A stretch of DNA of 64,000 nucleotides from positions 18,275-82,274 of the forward strand of contig PXCF01000139.1 in NCBI GenBank assembly GCA_003566715.1, in the 5' to 3' direction. The position numbers were made by a program, and so were the translations under genes. This document shows, piece after piece, positions 37,797-47,646 of the stretch. This DNA comes from Cryomorphaceae bacterium (lineage in GTDB: Bacteria > Bacteroidota > Bacteroidia > Flavobacteriales > Schleiferiaceae). How positions within the stretch are numbered: position 1 is the stretch's first letter; the number at the start of each line of letters is the position of its first letter. Under the pieces are notes generated by a model. That model saw only the letters and a list, made by a program, of their open reading frames with translations, was not told the DNA's origin and ran no database searches.

Positions 37797-40637
37797 ATGA
37801 AACGCGTTTATACCTTATTTATCATTTTTATAGCATCTATTCTTTCTTCTCATGCGCAAACACCGCAAATGAGATTAGACTTTGCATTTGTCGATACCGT
37901 CCCGGTTATTGTTGATGGCGACACCCTTTCTTTGGCATGGGCAGGAGGAATTGACCAGTTTCAAATGGTGGAAATGGATCTAAATCTCAATGGTATCATG
38001 GATATTTTAGGATTTGACAGAAGTGGAAACCGCTATGTACCATTGATAAAAGAAGGTGATTCTGGTAATTTTTATTACAGATACGATCACGATGTTATCA
38101 AGTATCTCCCACCGGCAGCCAACTATATTCAAACGGCAGATTATAACTGTGATGGTAAGTTAGACATCATGACCGTAGGTGAGCTGGGTAGTACCTCTGT
38201 AATGATTTACACCAATGTGTCTACCGCTACAGAACTGCGGTTTGAAAAAGCAGTGTCTGGGCCCTTCATCACTTACAGAACCAATACCGGAAGGGACGTA
38301 AGTATTCATATAAATGGATCAGATGTTCCGGTTTTTAAAGATGTCAATAAAGACGGCAGCATTGATATATTAGCCTTTAACATGCTGGGGGTCATCGTTA
38401 CCGAGTTTCGCAATACACAGCCTTGTGGATTGGATTTTGAAATTGCCGATATTTGCTACGGTAAGTTTATGGAGTCGATTACCGGGAACAGATTGGACCT
38501 TCTCTCTTGTAACTATTCCGGAAACCGCATTGATGATTACTACGATAGTTTGTCCTTAGGGCTTATTAATACCCAAAAACCTGAAGCCGTTCAACACGCT
38601 GAATCAGCTCTTTTATCTCTTGATCTGTCTGGCAATGGACTTTACGACATGATTCTCGGAGACAGTGAGTTTCCCGGAGCGATTGCAGCATTCAATACGG
38701 GTTCATTAGACACGGCCATAATGACTTCTATGGATACAATTTTTCCTTCTTATGATGTGCCCATTCATATGCCTAATTTTCCGGCCATGTTTTATTTAGA
38801 CGTCGATCACGATGGTGTAAAAGACCTCATTGTAACCTCTAACAGCATTATTTACGGTAGTTCAGATACGAGTGTACATTTTTACAAAAATATTGGGTTG
38901 GATTCCCTTCCCGATTTCCGTTTACAAAACAGACGTTTTCTTCAAGAAGATATGATTGAAGTAAGCACCGGAGCGTTTCCTGTGCTGGCTGATTTTACCG
39001 GTAATGGTTTGCCGGACTTGCTGATTGGTACCATCGGTTTTAGAGAGGATACCATGTTTAATTGGAATGGTCGTTTGTATTTATACCAAAACACAGGAAC
39101 AGCAACCCAACCCGAATTTCAATTGCTCGATACCGACTTTGGTAATATGGCGCAGCATAAAATATCTTATTTGTACCCGACAGTATACGATATAGATAAC
39201 GACGGTGATTTAGATATTGTACTTGGCCAAATGGACGGCAGTTTAATTTTGTTAGAAAATACGGGCGGTGCAACCAACCCACAGTTTGCCGCACCGGTAT
39301 TTAATTATTTAGGCGTGAGTGTTCCCAATATTTCTGCTCCGGTACTCTTTGACGTTACCGGAGATTCGCTACCTGAGTTGTTTATTGGCGATCAAGAAGG
39401 ACATATTCACTATTTTGAAAATACAGGTACCATTGGCAATCCTTCATTTCAGTTGGTAACCAATCAGTTTTCCGGTATCAGTACAAAACGCTCCATTGAT
39501 GCGGAAGGCAACGCCATGCCTTCGTTTTATCGTTATCCGACGGGTGAGCTCATGTTCTTGGTAGGTAGCTACGGTCAGGGCGTCCTTGCTTTTGACAGCA
39601 TACAAGCTGTACTGGGTTTGCCACAAAATACCAGCGTGCAAATGGGGTTCGATACCATAGAGTTAAATACGCCGGAGTTGAGCTTACTTGGCTCTACAAG
39701 ACGAAATGGCAGAAACCAATTCATTATCAAAAAGGAAGAGTTGCAAGCTCAAAATATCTATTCCGGCAGAATGACATCTTTGAGTTTTGAGGTAACATCT
39801 ACCGGAAACCCAAATCTTACACAGGGCTTTAGAATAAGAATGAGTAATGTGCAAAACCCAAGTTTTGCCAATGGTTTTTTGCCATCCGGGCAAGAGGTGT
39901 TTAGTGGTGTGTGGACCCTTAGCAGAGGTTGGAATGAAATACCTTTCAATGCCGGTGCGTTTGGATGGGACGGAGAAAGTGATATTTTGGTTGAAGTGTG
40001 TTTTCAAAGGAACAGCAATATCTTTTCAAATATTGACATGAACGGCACCATGCAAGCCGATTACCTTCATGCCTACGGATTAAATACCAACCAGAGTGGA
40101 AACAACACTTTACTACAAAATGGTTGCGAATTGCCATTTGCCGATTCTACCAAGGTAAGGCCAAATGTGCGATTTAATGTTGTGCCCTCCGTATTGGAAA
40201 GCAATCAGTTTTTAAAGAGTGGATGGCGCAACTCTGTGGCCATGTACGACTTTGATGGTGATTCTCTACCGGAAGCCATTTTGGGTAACGTATCTGGAGG
40301 TCTACACTTTTTCAAGGGTGTAATGGTAGAAGTTGAAGAAGATACCATGCCTACGAATACCGTTTACAATTTTGTTCAGCGCATTCAGCAAATTAAGCTT
40401 TACCCCAACCCCGCAGATCGGTATTTTGAAATTTCCTTTTCCGGCGAAACCGGTGTGACGTTAGGACGTGTAGAAATGTACGATTTAAATGGAAGGGTTC
40501 TCAGATCCTGGAACGATGTGGAAGATCGCAGTCGCCTGGAATTACCCGGGGTGTCAGATGGTGTCTATATTGTGAGAACACTTCTTCCCGACGGAAGGAC
40601 GTGGGAAAGTCATCGCTTGATGATTATTAAACAGTAA
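37797..40637 (+). CDS. FG-GAP/VCBS repeat protein with T9SS type A C-terminal sorting domain
   Basis: Signal peptide; repeated D.(N/D/T).DG..D blades (DYNCDGKLD, DVDHDGVKD, DIDNDGDLD, DFDGDSLPE); CTD IKLYPNPA...YDLNGR...GVYIV...RLMII. Confidence 0.9.
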   Translation: MKRVYTLFIIFIASILSSHAQTPQMRLDFAFVDTVPVIVDGDTLSLAWAGGIDQFQMVEMDLNLNGIMDILGFDRSGNRYVPLIKEGDSGNFYYRYDHDVIKYLPPAANYIQTADYNCDGKLDIMTVGELGSTSVMIYTNVSTATELRFEKAVSGPFITYRTNTGRDVSIHINGSDVPVFKDVNKDGSIDILAFNMLGVIVTEFRNTQPCGLDFEIADICYGKFMESITGNRLDLLSCNYSGNRIDDYYDSLSLGLINTQKPEAVQHAESALLSLDLSGNGLYDMILGDSEFPGAIAAFNTGSLDTAIMTSMDTIFPSYDVPIHMPNFPAMFYLDVDHDGVKDLIVTSNSIIYGSSDTSVHFYKNIGLDSLPDFRLQNRRFLQEDMIEVSTGAFPVLADFTGNGLPDLLIGTIGFREDTMFNWNGRLYLYQNTGTATQPEFQLLDTDFGNMAQHKISYLYPTVYDIDNDGDLDIVLGQMDGSLILLENTGGATNPQFAAPVFNYLGVSVPNISAPVLFDVTGDSLPELFIGDQEGHIHYFENTGTIGNPSFQLVTNQFSGISTKRSIDAEGNAMPSFYRYPTGELMFLVGSYGQGVLAFDSIQAVLGLPQNTSVQMGFDTIELNTPELSLLGSTRRNGRNQFIIKKEELQAQNIYSGRMTSLSFEVTSTGNPNLTQGFRIRMSNVQNPSFANGFLPSGQEVFSGVWTLSRGWNEIPFNAGAFGWDGESDILVEVCFQRNSNIFSNIDMNGTMQADYLHAYGLNTNQSGNNTLLQNGCELPFADSTKVRPNVRFNVVPSVLESNQFLKSGWRNSVAMYDFDGDSLPEAILGNVSGGLHFFKGVMVEVEEDTMPTNTVYNFVQRIQQIKLYPNPADRYFEISFSGETGVTLGRVEMYDLNGRVLRSWNDVEDRSRLELPGVSDGVYIVRTLLPDGRTWESHRLMIIKQ

Positions 40638-40753
40638 TTTTATATTGTTGAGCAAACCTTCATAATCAACGGGGTGTTTTTATCAAGTGTACAATGAGTG
40701 TTTTACTGTTTTACACATGAGGTGTATGTATAACGATATTAATCTAGTTCTCC

Positions 40754-41173
40754 GTGACCGATCAGCATACCATGGATGATTTGAAAAACAAAAACATCGT
40801 CTTTTATGATGGCTCCTGCGGTTTGTGTCATGGCTCAGTACAATGGTTGCTGAAGGTCGATAAAAACAGAGCGCTTTATTATGCCACCCAACAGGGAGAT
40901 TACTTTTCGTCCCTTACAGAGCGACCACTCAATCTCGACGCGATCATTTATTACCGAAAAGGTATGGTCTATGAAGCCGCAGAGGCTTTGGCTATGATTT
41001 GCTTGGATTTGGGGGGGAGGTGGCGTTTTTTTTACGGCCTATGGAAAGTGCTGCCGGGTGCGTTAAGTCGTTATCTATATTACGTCATTGCCAAGCGACG
41101 CTACGGTATTTTTGGTAAAGCAACCTCTTGTAAATTGCCGTCGATTGAAGAAAGGGCACGCATGCTCTCCTAA
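40754..41173 (+). CDS. DCC1-like thiol-disulfide oxidoreductase (DUF393)
   Basis: FYDGSCGLC, Y..IA.RRY.IFG. The start may instead be the ATG at 40772. Confidence 0.87.
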   Translation: MTDQHTMDDLKNKNIVFYDGSCGLCHGSVQWLLKVDKNRALYYATQQGDYFSSLTERPLNLDAIIYYRKGMVYEAAEALAMICLDLGGRWRFFYGLWKVLPGALSRYLYYVIAKRRYGIFGKATSCKLPSIEERARMLS

Positions 41174-41182
41174 GGATAGCTT

Positions 41183-42424
41183 CTATTTTTTATCCGATGT
41201 CAGTTCAAAGTGTCGACTGTGCTCGATCCAAACCCCCAATCCGTAAGCATCGTCTCTTAATGGTACACATCGTTTGAGGACCGCCGAACGGCGCTTCAGA
41301 CTTTCTTTGGTTGTAGAGTACAAATAACCTTTTAGTTTAAAGTCCTCCCACACAAAAAACAGCTTTTCTCCAACCTTTCGCCCGGGTTTCATTTCCAATA
41401 AAAAATCCGTACCAAGTACCGTCTTCCTCATGTGTAAGTCACCGGCTTTTTCGCCTGATTGCAGTTTGCTATTGAGTTGTTTTACCAGTCTTCCGGCCAA
41501 AAAAGAGGAAGACAATGCCAGAATAGGATTATCACTCTGCTTACTTTTTATATACACCCCATCTTTTACATCGATAAGAAAACGGTGTTGGGGCACAGGT
41601 GCATCGCTGTTAAACAGGGGGGTTAAACGACGAAATTCAGAATATATCTTCCAATTGGCCAACCATTTATTGGCGTGTTTTTCACTTTCTGATTCAGAAG
41701 CCGCCATTTGGAATTGTTTGTCTACTGGCGCATCTGATAAAAACATGCGGGTGATGTTTTGTTTGGCCTGGTGTAAAGGACACAAATAAATACAAGAGCC
41801 GTGTTTGTCAAATACATAATAAACGCCGTGTTGGGTGGTAACATTCCTAAGTAAGTGGCGAAGTTTCTCGCCGCGAGTTTCACCCTGCTTGCCCGTGTAC
41901 ATACTCCGGATACCAAACAATTGTTTTTTTTCGTCCTTTTGTATGAGGATTTCAAAAAGTTCTAACGTTGCGCGGGCGTCACCATCCGCGCGGTGGGTGT
42001 CGCTGTTGACAATGTTCAGTTCTTTGCAAAGTTTGGAAAGACCATAGGCGGGTAATCCGGGAATCAGTCCCTCAGCTAAAAACAACGTATCTAACGTTTC
42101 TTTTTGAAAAACATATCCCAAGGAGTCAAATTCTTGCCGCAGCATTCGGTAGTCGAAAGCGATGTTGTGGCCAACCAGCACAGCTTTGTCGGTAATTTCT
42201 ACTACCCGCTTGGCAATTTCGTGAAATCTGGGCGCTCGGCGAACCATGTTTTCACTTATACCTGTCATTTTACTGACGTAGCGGTCTATTCGGCGTTGGG
42301 GATTTACGAGCGTAATAAGTTGGTCAACAACCTTTTCGCCGTCGTATAGGAAAATGGCAAGTTCAATGATTTTCTCTTCTCCAACTTGCCCTCCACTGGT
42401 TTCTGTGTCAATTACTGCAAACAT
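41183..42424 (-). CDS. DEDDh 3'-5' exonuclease (DnaQ/PolC-like) with degenerate GIY-YIG C-terminal domain
   Basis: VIDTETSG, GHNIAFD, HRADGDARAT, then GVYYVFD..G..IYLC. Confidence 0.87.
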   Translation of the reverse strand: MFAVIDTETSGGQVGEEKIIELAIFLYDGEKVVDQLITLVNPQRRIDRYVSKMTGISENMVRRAPRFHEIAKRVVEITDKAVLVGHNIAFDYRMLRQEFDSLGYVFQKETLDTLFLAEGLIPGLPAYGLSKLCKELNIVNSDTHRADGDARATLELFEILIQKDEKKQLFGIRSMYTGKQGETRGEKLRHLLRNVTTQHGVYYVFDKHGSCIYLCPLHQAKQNITRMFLSDAPVDKQFQMAASESESEKHANKWLANWKIYSEFRRLTPLFNSDAPVPQHRFLIDVKDGVYIKSKQSDNPILALSSSFLAGRLVKQLNSKLQSGEKAGDLHMRKTVLGTDFLLEMKPGRKVGEKLFFVWEDFKLKGYLYSTTKESLKRRSAVLKRCVPLRDDAYGLGVWIEHSRHFELTSDKK

Positions 42425-42429
42425 TGCGG

Positions 42430-42437
42430 CAAAAATA
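42430..42437 (-). promoter_or_regulatory. -7 promoter box (TATTTTTG), 5 nt before ATG
   Basis: Minus strand reads TATTTTTG-CCGCA-ATG. Confidence 0.6.
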
Positions 42438-42527
42438 GGTTGTAAAAAAGTGGTGACGTTTCTTTGTGGTGATTAAATTTGGCCTTTACTCGACAAAGCG
42501 TCGCCATTACCACAGAAAATAACAGAA

Positions 42528-45011
42528 TTGGTGCAACCATATTTACGCTGCTTTTTCTTTGTGTTTCAATTATTGCCGTTGCTTTTGGTGGGGAGCATGC
42601 ATGGTTCCTACTTGTTTTTTTACGATGTCAATACCAATAAGCCGGTACAAGGGGTGTTGCTTTTAAATGACCATTCCCACTCGTTTTCCAATGTTTCCAA
42701 TATAGAAGGATTGATTAAAGCAGATCATTTAACCGATGATTTTTCCGCCTTGAATATTTTTCACCCAAAATTTGATGTGGACACCATCTTTTCTTCGTCA
42801 TCAGATACCATTGTTGTCGCTCTACGTCCACGAAAACTGGTGTATACAGGCACCATGAATTTGCAGCCATACAATAATTTGGTACAAAGTAGGGCAGGCA
42901 TGGACGCTGCTTTTCAGCATTTTTATACCGAAGCTTTTCGAAAGACATTTACCCGCATAGACAGAACAACCAGAGAAATCCCTTATGTTTCGGGTAGATT
43001 TTTCCCGGGGAAACAAGATACGGGCATTGTTTTTCTCTCAAAGATACACTCTGCAATTACCAGAATAGCTGGAGAGTTGTCTAATGAAGAGGTCATCAAT
43101 AAAAGAGACTTTGGATTGATTAGAAATATTGCTTGGAGAGAATCTGCCGACTACATTTTTAACCCCTTCCAGCGATATAGCCATTTTAAAGAATTATCTT
43201 ATCGAGGCTACTTGACACCGTTGGACGAGGATTATGCAAGTGAATATTACGTTGACCATCTTGGATACTATAGCAACAGCGATTGTCATTTATACAAGGT
43301 GCGCCCAAAAAATCCTTATGAGCCGCTTTTTTATGGGTATATTATCATTGATGCATCAACCAATAATTTGGTGTACATCGATTGGAAACTCGACGCGCGC
43401 CAACAAATTGAATTGGTTGATTCCGTTAGAATTGTTCAGTTTCACCACCCCACGGACTCACTTATGCGACCAGTGTATACGTCACACTCCTTTTTCTTTG
43501 ACATATTTAGCAATTCCGGGGAGTATAGGAGTGAAATCGTCTATGCCGATTTTAACTTTTTGGAAGGTCAACCACCATACAGTCCGGTGGTGCTAAATCA
43601 AAACCAAGTAGACCAACTACCGGAATTGACATTGCCTTTTCACCTCACCTCAAAGGAGCGTCGAGTCATGGAGGATGACCACCTGTACAACAAGCGATGG
43701 GAATCCGGACAGATAGCCGATAGTTTGCAGCAATATTATTCTGATAGGCCATTTCAAACATTGTTTATTAAGGGTATGAACTTGCCATTTTACCAAAACA
43801 AACACTACGTACGTGTTTACCCCCTGTGGTTTGGTACGGGATACAATGTTATAGAAGGATTTTATACGAGGTTTATTCACGAGTCAAATTTTGATTTTGA
43901 AGATGAAACATTTAAAAACACCTTAGACCTTCGCTTGGGCTACGGTGATGTTCGATTAAAATTCCGCAACGTTACCGAATGGGACTTTAACCTCAAGCGT
44001 CCGGGTAAGTTGGCACTTGATTTTGGTAATTACGTGTTTCAGTTCAACGAAGCCGAACCCATTCTTCCGGTCATTAACACATTCTACAGTCTGTTTTTAG
44101 GCAAAAACTTTCTGCGTCTTTACAATAAAGAATATGCAAGGCTGCGGTATAAGCAAGAGATTGTAAATGGGTTAACCATCAATGCCCATATTGATTACGG
44201 CCGAAGGTCGCCGTTGTTTAATTTAGAAGACCCCATCAATTTATCGGGCGCATCGTGGAATTTCTTGACGTCTGAACAAGATTTTTTCAATAACAACAAT
44301 ATGGGGTCAGACAGATCGGATGTGATAAGCAGTGACGGTTTTGATCCCCATCGGGGGTTGATTCTAGACGTGGATGTTGTATATCAGTTTCGTCAGCGTT
44401 ATAAAATGATCAACGGCAGGAAAGTCAACGTGGATTCAGACTACCCCAAGATTTACATGCAGTATAAAATAGGACTACCCTGGGCTGGTGCCATTACCGA
44501 TTATGACTATTTGGCGGGGGGAGTTGGTTCGACCACTCGCTTTAGAAACGCCGGAACCACCCGTTTTGATATCAGCGGGGGAGGTTTTTTGAATAGCAGC
44601 AATGTTCCTTTTGTTGACTTTAAGCATTTTAATGGTTTGCAGACCATCTTCTTACAGCGTGTGCAAGACCGTTTCTCGGATATAAAACAGTTTAGAACCA
44701 TGCGGTATTATGACTTTAGTACGGATCAATTTTTCTTAGAGGCTCATTTGGAGCATAACTTTGGTGGTTATGTTATGTCTAAAATTCCCTATGTCAACCG
44801 GGCAAACTTGCACCTCGTTACGGGATTCAACTACTTGTCTAGCGAGTGGGACGCCCATTTCTTTGAAATGTTTTTTGGTTTTGACAACATATTTAAGGTA
44901 GCGAAAATTGAATTTTCTAATGGATGGGACGACTTTCGCGTTTTTAGATTTACGGTAAGAGTGGGCGTGAATTTTGATTATAATTTTTATCGCAATAACA
45001 AACGCAGATAA
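42528..45011 (+). CDS. DUF5686-like outer membrane protein with N-terminal CarboxypepD_reg-like domain
   Basis: N-terminal D..T.KPV.G...SN.EG, YNVIEGF, DFKHFNG, YYDFST and H.EHNFGG motifs, C-terminal barrel strands. Start uncertain. Confidence 0.78.
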   Translation: MVQPYLRCFFFVFQLLPLLLVGSMHGSYLFFYDVNTNKPVQGVLLLNDHSHSFSNVSNIEGLIKADHLTDDFSALNIFHPKFDVDTIFSSSSDTIVVALRPRKLVYTGTMNLQPYNNLVQSRAGMDAAFQHFYTEAFRKTFTRIDRTTREIPYVSGRFFPGKQDTGIVFLSKIHSAITRIAGELSNEEVINKRDFGLIRNIAWRESADYIFNPFQRYSHFKELSYRGYLTPLDEDYASEYYVDHLGYYSNSDCHLYKVRPKNPYEPLFYGYIIIDASTNNLVYIDWKLDARQQIELVDSVRIVQFHHPTDSLMRPVYTSHSFFFDIFSNSGEYRSEIVYADFNFLEGQPPYSPVVLNQNQVDQLPELTLPFHLTSKERRVMEDDHLYNKRWESGQIADSLQQYYSDRPFQTLFIKGMNLPFYQNKHYVRVYPLWFGTGYNVIEGFYTRFIHESNFDFEDETFKNTLDLRLGYGDVRLKFRNVTEWDFNLKRPGKLALDFGNYVFQFNEAEPILPVINTFYSLFLGKNFLRLYNKEYARLRYKQEIVNGLTINAHIDYGRRSPLFNLEDPINLSGASWNFLTSEQDFFNNNNMGSDRSDVISSDGFDPHRGLILDVDVVYQFRQRYKMINGRKVNVDSDYPKIYMQYKIGLPWAGAITDYDYLAGGVGSTTRFRNAGTTRFDISGGGFLNSSNVPFVDFKHFNGLQTIFLQRVQDRFSDIKQFRTMRYYDFSTDQFFLEAHLEHNFGGYVMSKIPYVNRANLHLVTGFNYLSSEWDAHFFEMFFGFDNIFKVAKIEFSNGWDDFRVFRFTVRVGVNFDYNFYRNNKRR

Positions 45012-45019
45012 TTTTTTAT

Positions 45020-46684
45020 ATGAATGCTGAATTTGATGTTTGGTTACTGATTGCAGGATTAGGAATTTTCCTTTTTGGGATGGGGCAATTGGAACATGGA
45101 CTAACTGAGCTTGGTGGTGCTTCATTTAGAAAAATGATGCGTCGTTTTACCAAAAAGAGCTTCCATGGCGTGCTTACGGGGATTGTGATGACCGCTATTT
45201 TGCAGAGCAGCTCATTGGTGTCTCTTATGGTATTGGCTTTTTTAGGAGCAAAAATTATTCGTCTAAAAAATGCATTGGGCGTTATTTTGGGTGCACATAT
45301 CGGAACCGTTGTTACGGCTTGGTTGGTGGCAACCCTGGGTTTTTCTTTACCAATAAAAGCGTTTGCTTTTCCTTTTATTGGTCTGGGTAGCTTGGCATAC
45401 TTATTCGTGAGCACCCGCCCTTTTTTAAAGAATCTGGGCCTGTTTTTGCTTGGCTTTGGATTGTTGTTTTTGGGGCTGGATTTTATGAAGGAGGCCATTG
45501 AAGGCGTTGCAGAAAGTGTTTCTATGGAGCAGTTTGCCGATTACGGACGTTGGGTTTTCTTGCTGGTAGGAATCGTGGTTACGGCTTTAATACAATCCAG
45601 CTCTGCTATGATTGTTATCGTGTTGAGTAGCTTAAACGCCGGTGTCATCGACCTTACCCAAGGCGCTGTTTTGGTGATCGGTTCAAATATTGGGACTACC
45701 ATAACCGTAGGTATTGGTGCCTTGAAGGGGGTGGCAGATAAAAAGCGTTTGGCTTTAGCACATGTCATCATCAATGTTGTTGCCGGGCTTCTATTTTTTA
45801 TTTTAGTCGATTATGTAGTAAGAGGTGTTTTAGCTACGGGGGCATTCACTGATCCTTTATTGCAACTGGTGCTCATTAGCACGGTTATGAAAGTGGGAGG
45901 GGTTCTTTTGTTTTTTCCACTTTTGGCGCCATTTGAACGTTGGTTGTTACAGAGGTTTAAGAACTCAGAGGCCGTGGGTGCAACCGTTTACGTGAAAAAT
46001 GTTCCGCCGGATGTGCCGGAAATTGCCATTCAAGCAACGGAAAAAGAGCTTATACTTACCATAGAGCGGTGTGTTGCTTTTATAGAGAACGCTTTGAGTA
46101 TGACAACTACTAAAACCATGGCATTGCCATATTTGCGGTTTTTACAAACGGTTGAGTCCACAGACGCTGCTTATCAGCATTTAAAAAATATTGAAGATGA
46201 GCTCACCGATTTCAGCTTGCGAATCCAAGAGCGTTCACTAAGCGAGCATGAGGTGGAGCAACTCGACCGGTTAATGCAGTCCATTCGCTCGTTGATCTAT
46301 GCAGCAAAGGAGATTCGCGACATAACACATAATGTAAAGGACATCAAACAGTCTCAAGATAAAAGTGCAAAAGAGATTCTCGAACAGCTACTAGAAACAA
46401 TGAAGCACCTTTTTCTTGATATACGCGAAGCGCTTAAAGATGGACACATTGAAGGCATTGCGTTTTATGCCTACAAGGAAAAGTATCTTCGTGCGTATCC
46501 AGACAGTATAGCGGATTTGTATCGCAAGGTGAAAGATCAACCTTTGCGGGATATATCAATCAGTAGCATGACCAACGTTATTCGCAAAGTCTTTAGCTCT
46601 ATGCAATATCTATCTGAAGCCATTGATCAATTATCAATGGCTAAAGAGACTGTGTTTCCAGAAGTAGATATGAGTCGCGATTGA
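45020..46684 (+). CDS. Na/Pi cotransporter family protein with PhoU-like tail
   Basis: Two QSSS repeats (TAILQSSS, TALIQSSS), GAHIGT/GSNIGT and a helical C-terminus. Confidence 0.92.
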   Translation: MNAEFDVWLLIAGLGIFLFGMGQLEHGLTELGGASFRKMMRRFTKKSFHGVLTGIVMTAILQSSSLVSLMVLAFLGAKIIRLKNALGVILGAHIGTVVTAWLVATLGFSLPIKAFAFPFIGLGSLAYLFVSTRPFLKNLGLFLLGFGLLFLGLDFMKEAIEGVAESVSMEQFADYGRWVFLLVGIVVTALIQSSSAMIVIVLSSLNAGVIDLTQGAVLVIGSNIGTTITVGIGALKGVADKKRLALAHVIINVVAGLLFFILVDYVVRGVLATGAFTDPLLQLVLISTVMKVGGVLLFFPLLAPFERWLLQRFKNSEAVGATVYVKNVPPDVPEIAIQATEKELILTIERCVAFIENALSMTTTKTMALPYLRFLQTVESTDAAYQHLKNIEDELTDFSLRIQERSLSEHEVEQLDRLMQSIRSLIYAAKEIRDITHNVKDIKQSQDKSAKEILEQLLETMKHLFLDIREALKDGHIEGIAFYAYKEKYLRAYPDSIADLYRKVKDQPLRDISISSMTNVIRKVFSSMQYLSEAIDQLSMAKETVFPEVDMSRD

Positions 46685-46689
46685 ACAGC

Positions 46690-47646
46690 CTATTGCTTTA
46701 TGGATAGAACATTAGCAAAGTAGTGCTTGCAATCGTAGAACCAGCCGCTTGGTTTTAAGTTGGCATTCGTCATCAACTGCTCAATATCTGCTTTGGTGTA
46801 CTTTCTAGATGTTTCTGTATGAATGGTTTCTCCGGGTTCAAAGGTGATTTTGAGTTGACTGGTAGGAAAGGTTACCACTTGCTTTTTCATACTAATTAAA
46901 TAGCTTCGCGCCTCCTTCCTTTCCGGATCATAAATAGGGTAGTGGGAAAAGTTGTCGAGGTCAAAATCTGTTTTTAGCTCGCGATTACATCGTGTTAGTA
47001 GGTTTAAATTAAACTGTTTGGTGATGCCGTTTTTGTCATTGTAAGCTTCGAGAATGGTGTGTGGGTTTTTGACTAGGTCAAAGCCTATCAAAAGACCGTC
47101 GCCAGGATTGAGTGAATCGCTTAACGATTGAATAAAGTTCGCTTGATTGTCACCTCTTAAATTTCCAATATTTGACCCGAGAAAGAGTACCAGCTTGCGG
47201 TTGTTGCTTGTCTTTTTATCTTTTAAAACGTGAAAATAATCACCGGCAACGGGTGTCATGCGAAGGTTATCAAACGATTTTTTAAACTCAGCCGCCAATA
47301 ATTGCAAGACATTTTTTGAGATGTCTATGGGTACATACGAAAAATCGAGTCCCATCTCCAGCCATTTATTAATGAGCACTTTGGTTTTTGTTCCATCGCC
47401 TGCCCCCAGTTCAATGATTTCAAAAAAGCCTTTTGGATCAAATGTTAACACAATGTCTTTGGCATGATGTAAGAAAACATCCATTTCGCTCCTGCTTAAA
47501 TAATATTCCGGCATATCCATAATGGCCTGAAACAAGGCGTCTCCAGTAGCGTCATAAAAGTATTTACTGGGCAGGCTTTTTGGCTCTTGCGCCAATCCAC
47601 TAATGATGTCTTTTTCCATAAGAGAAATATCTTGATTATTTGTCAT
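46690..47646 (-). CDS. egtD: L-histidine N-alpha-methyltransferase
   Basis: K.LPSKYFYD..GD.LF..I...PEYY..R.E, ELGAGDGTKT, FLGSNIGN, AYND..G.T..FN.N, IHTE.SRKY. Start MTNNQ at 47646, overlapping the egtB end. Confidence 0.93.
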   Translation of the reverse strand: MTNNQDISLMEKDIISGLAQEPKSLPSKYFYDATGDALFQAIMDMPEYYLSRSEMDVFLHHAKDIVLTFDPKGFFEIIELGAGDGTKTKVLINKWLEMGLDFSYVPIDISKNVLQLLAAEFKKSFDNLRMTPVAGDYFHVLKDKKTSNNRKLVLFLGSNIGNLRGDNQANFIQSLSDSLNPGDGLLIGFDLVKNPHTILEAYNDKNGITKQFNLNLLTRCNRELKTDFDLDNFSHYPIYDPERKEARSYLISMKKQVVTFPTSQLKITFEPGETIHTETSRKYTKADIEQLMTNANLKPSGWFYDCKHYFANVLSIKQ

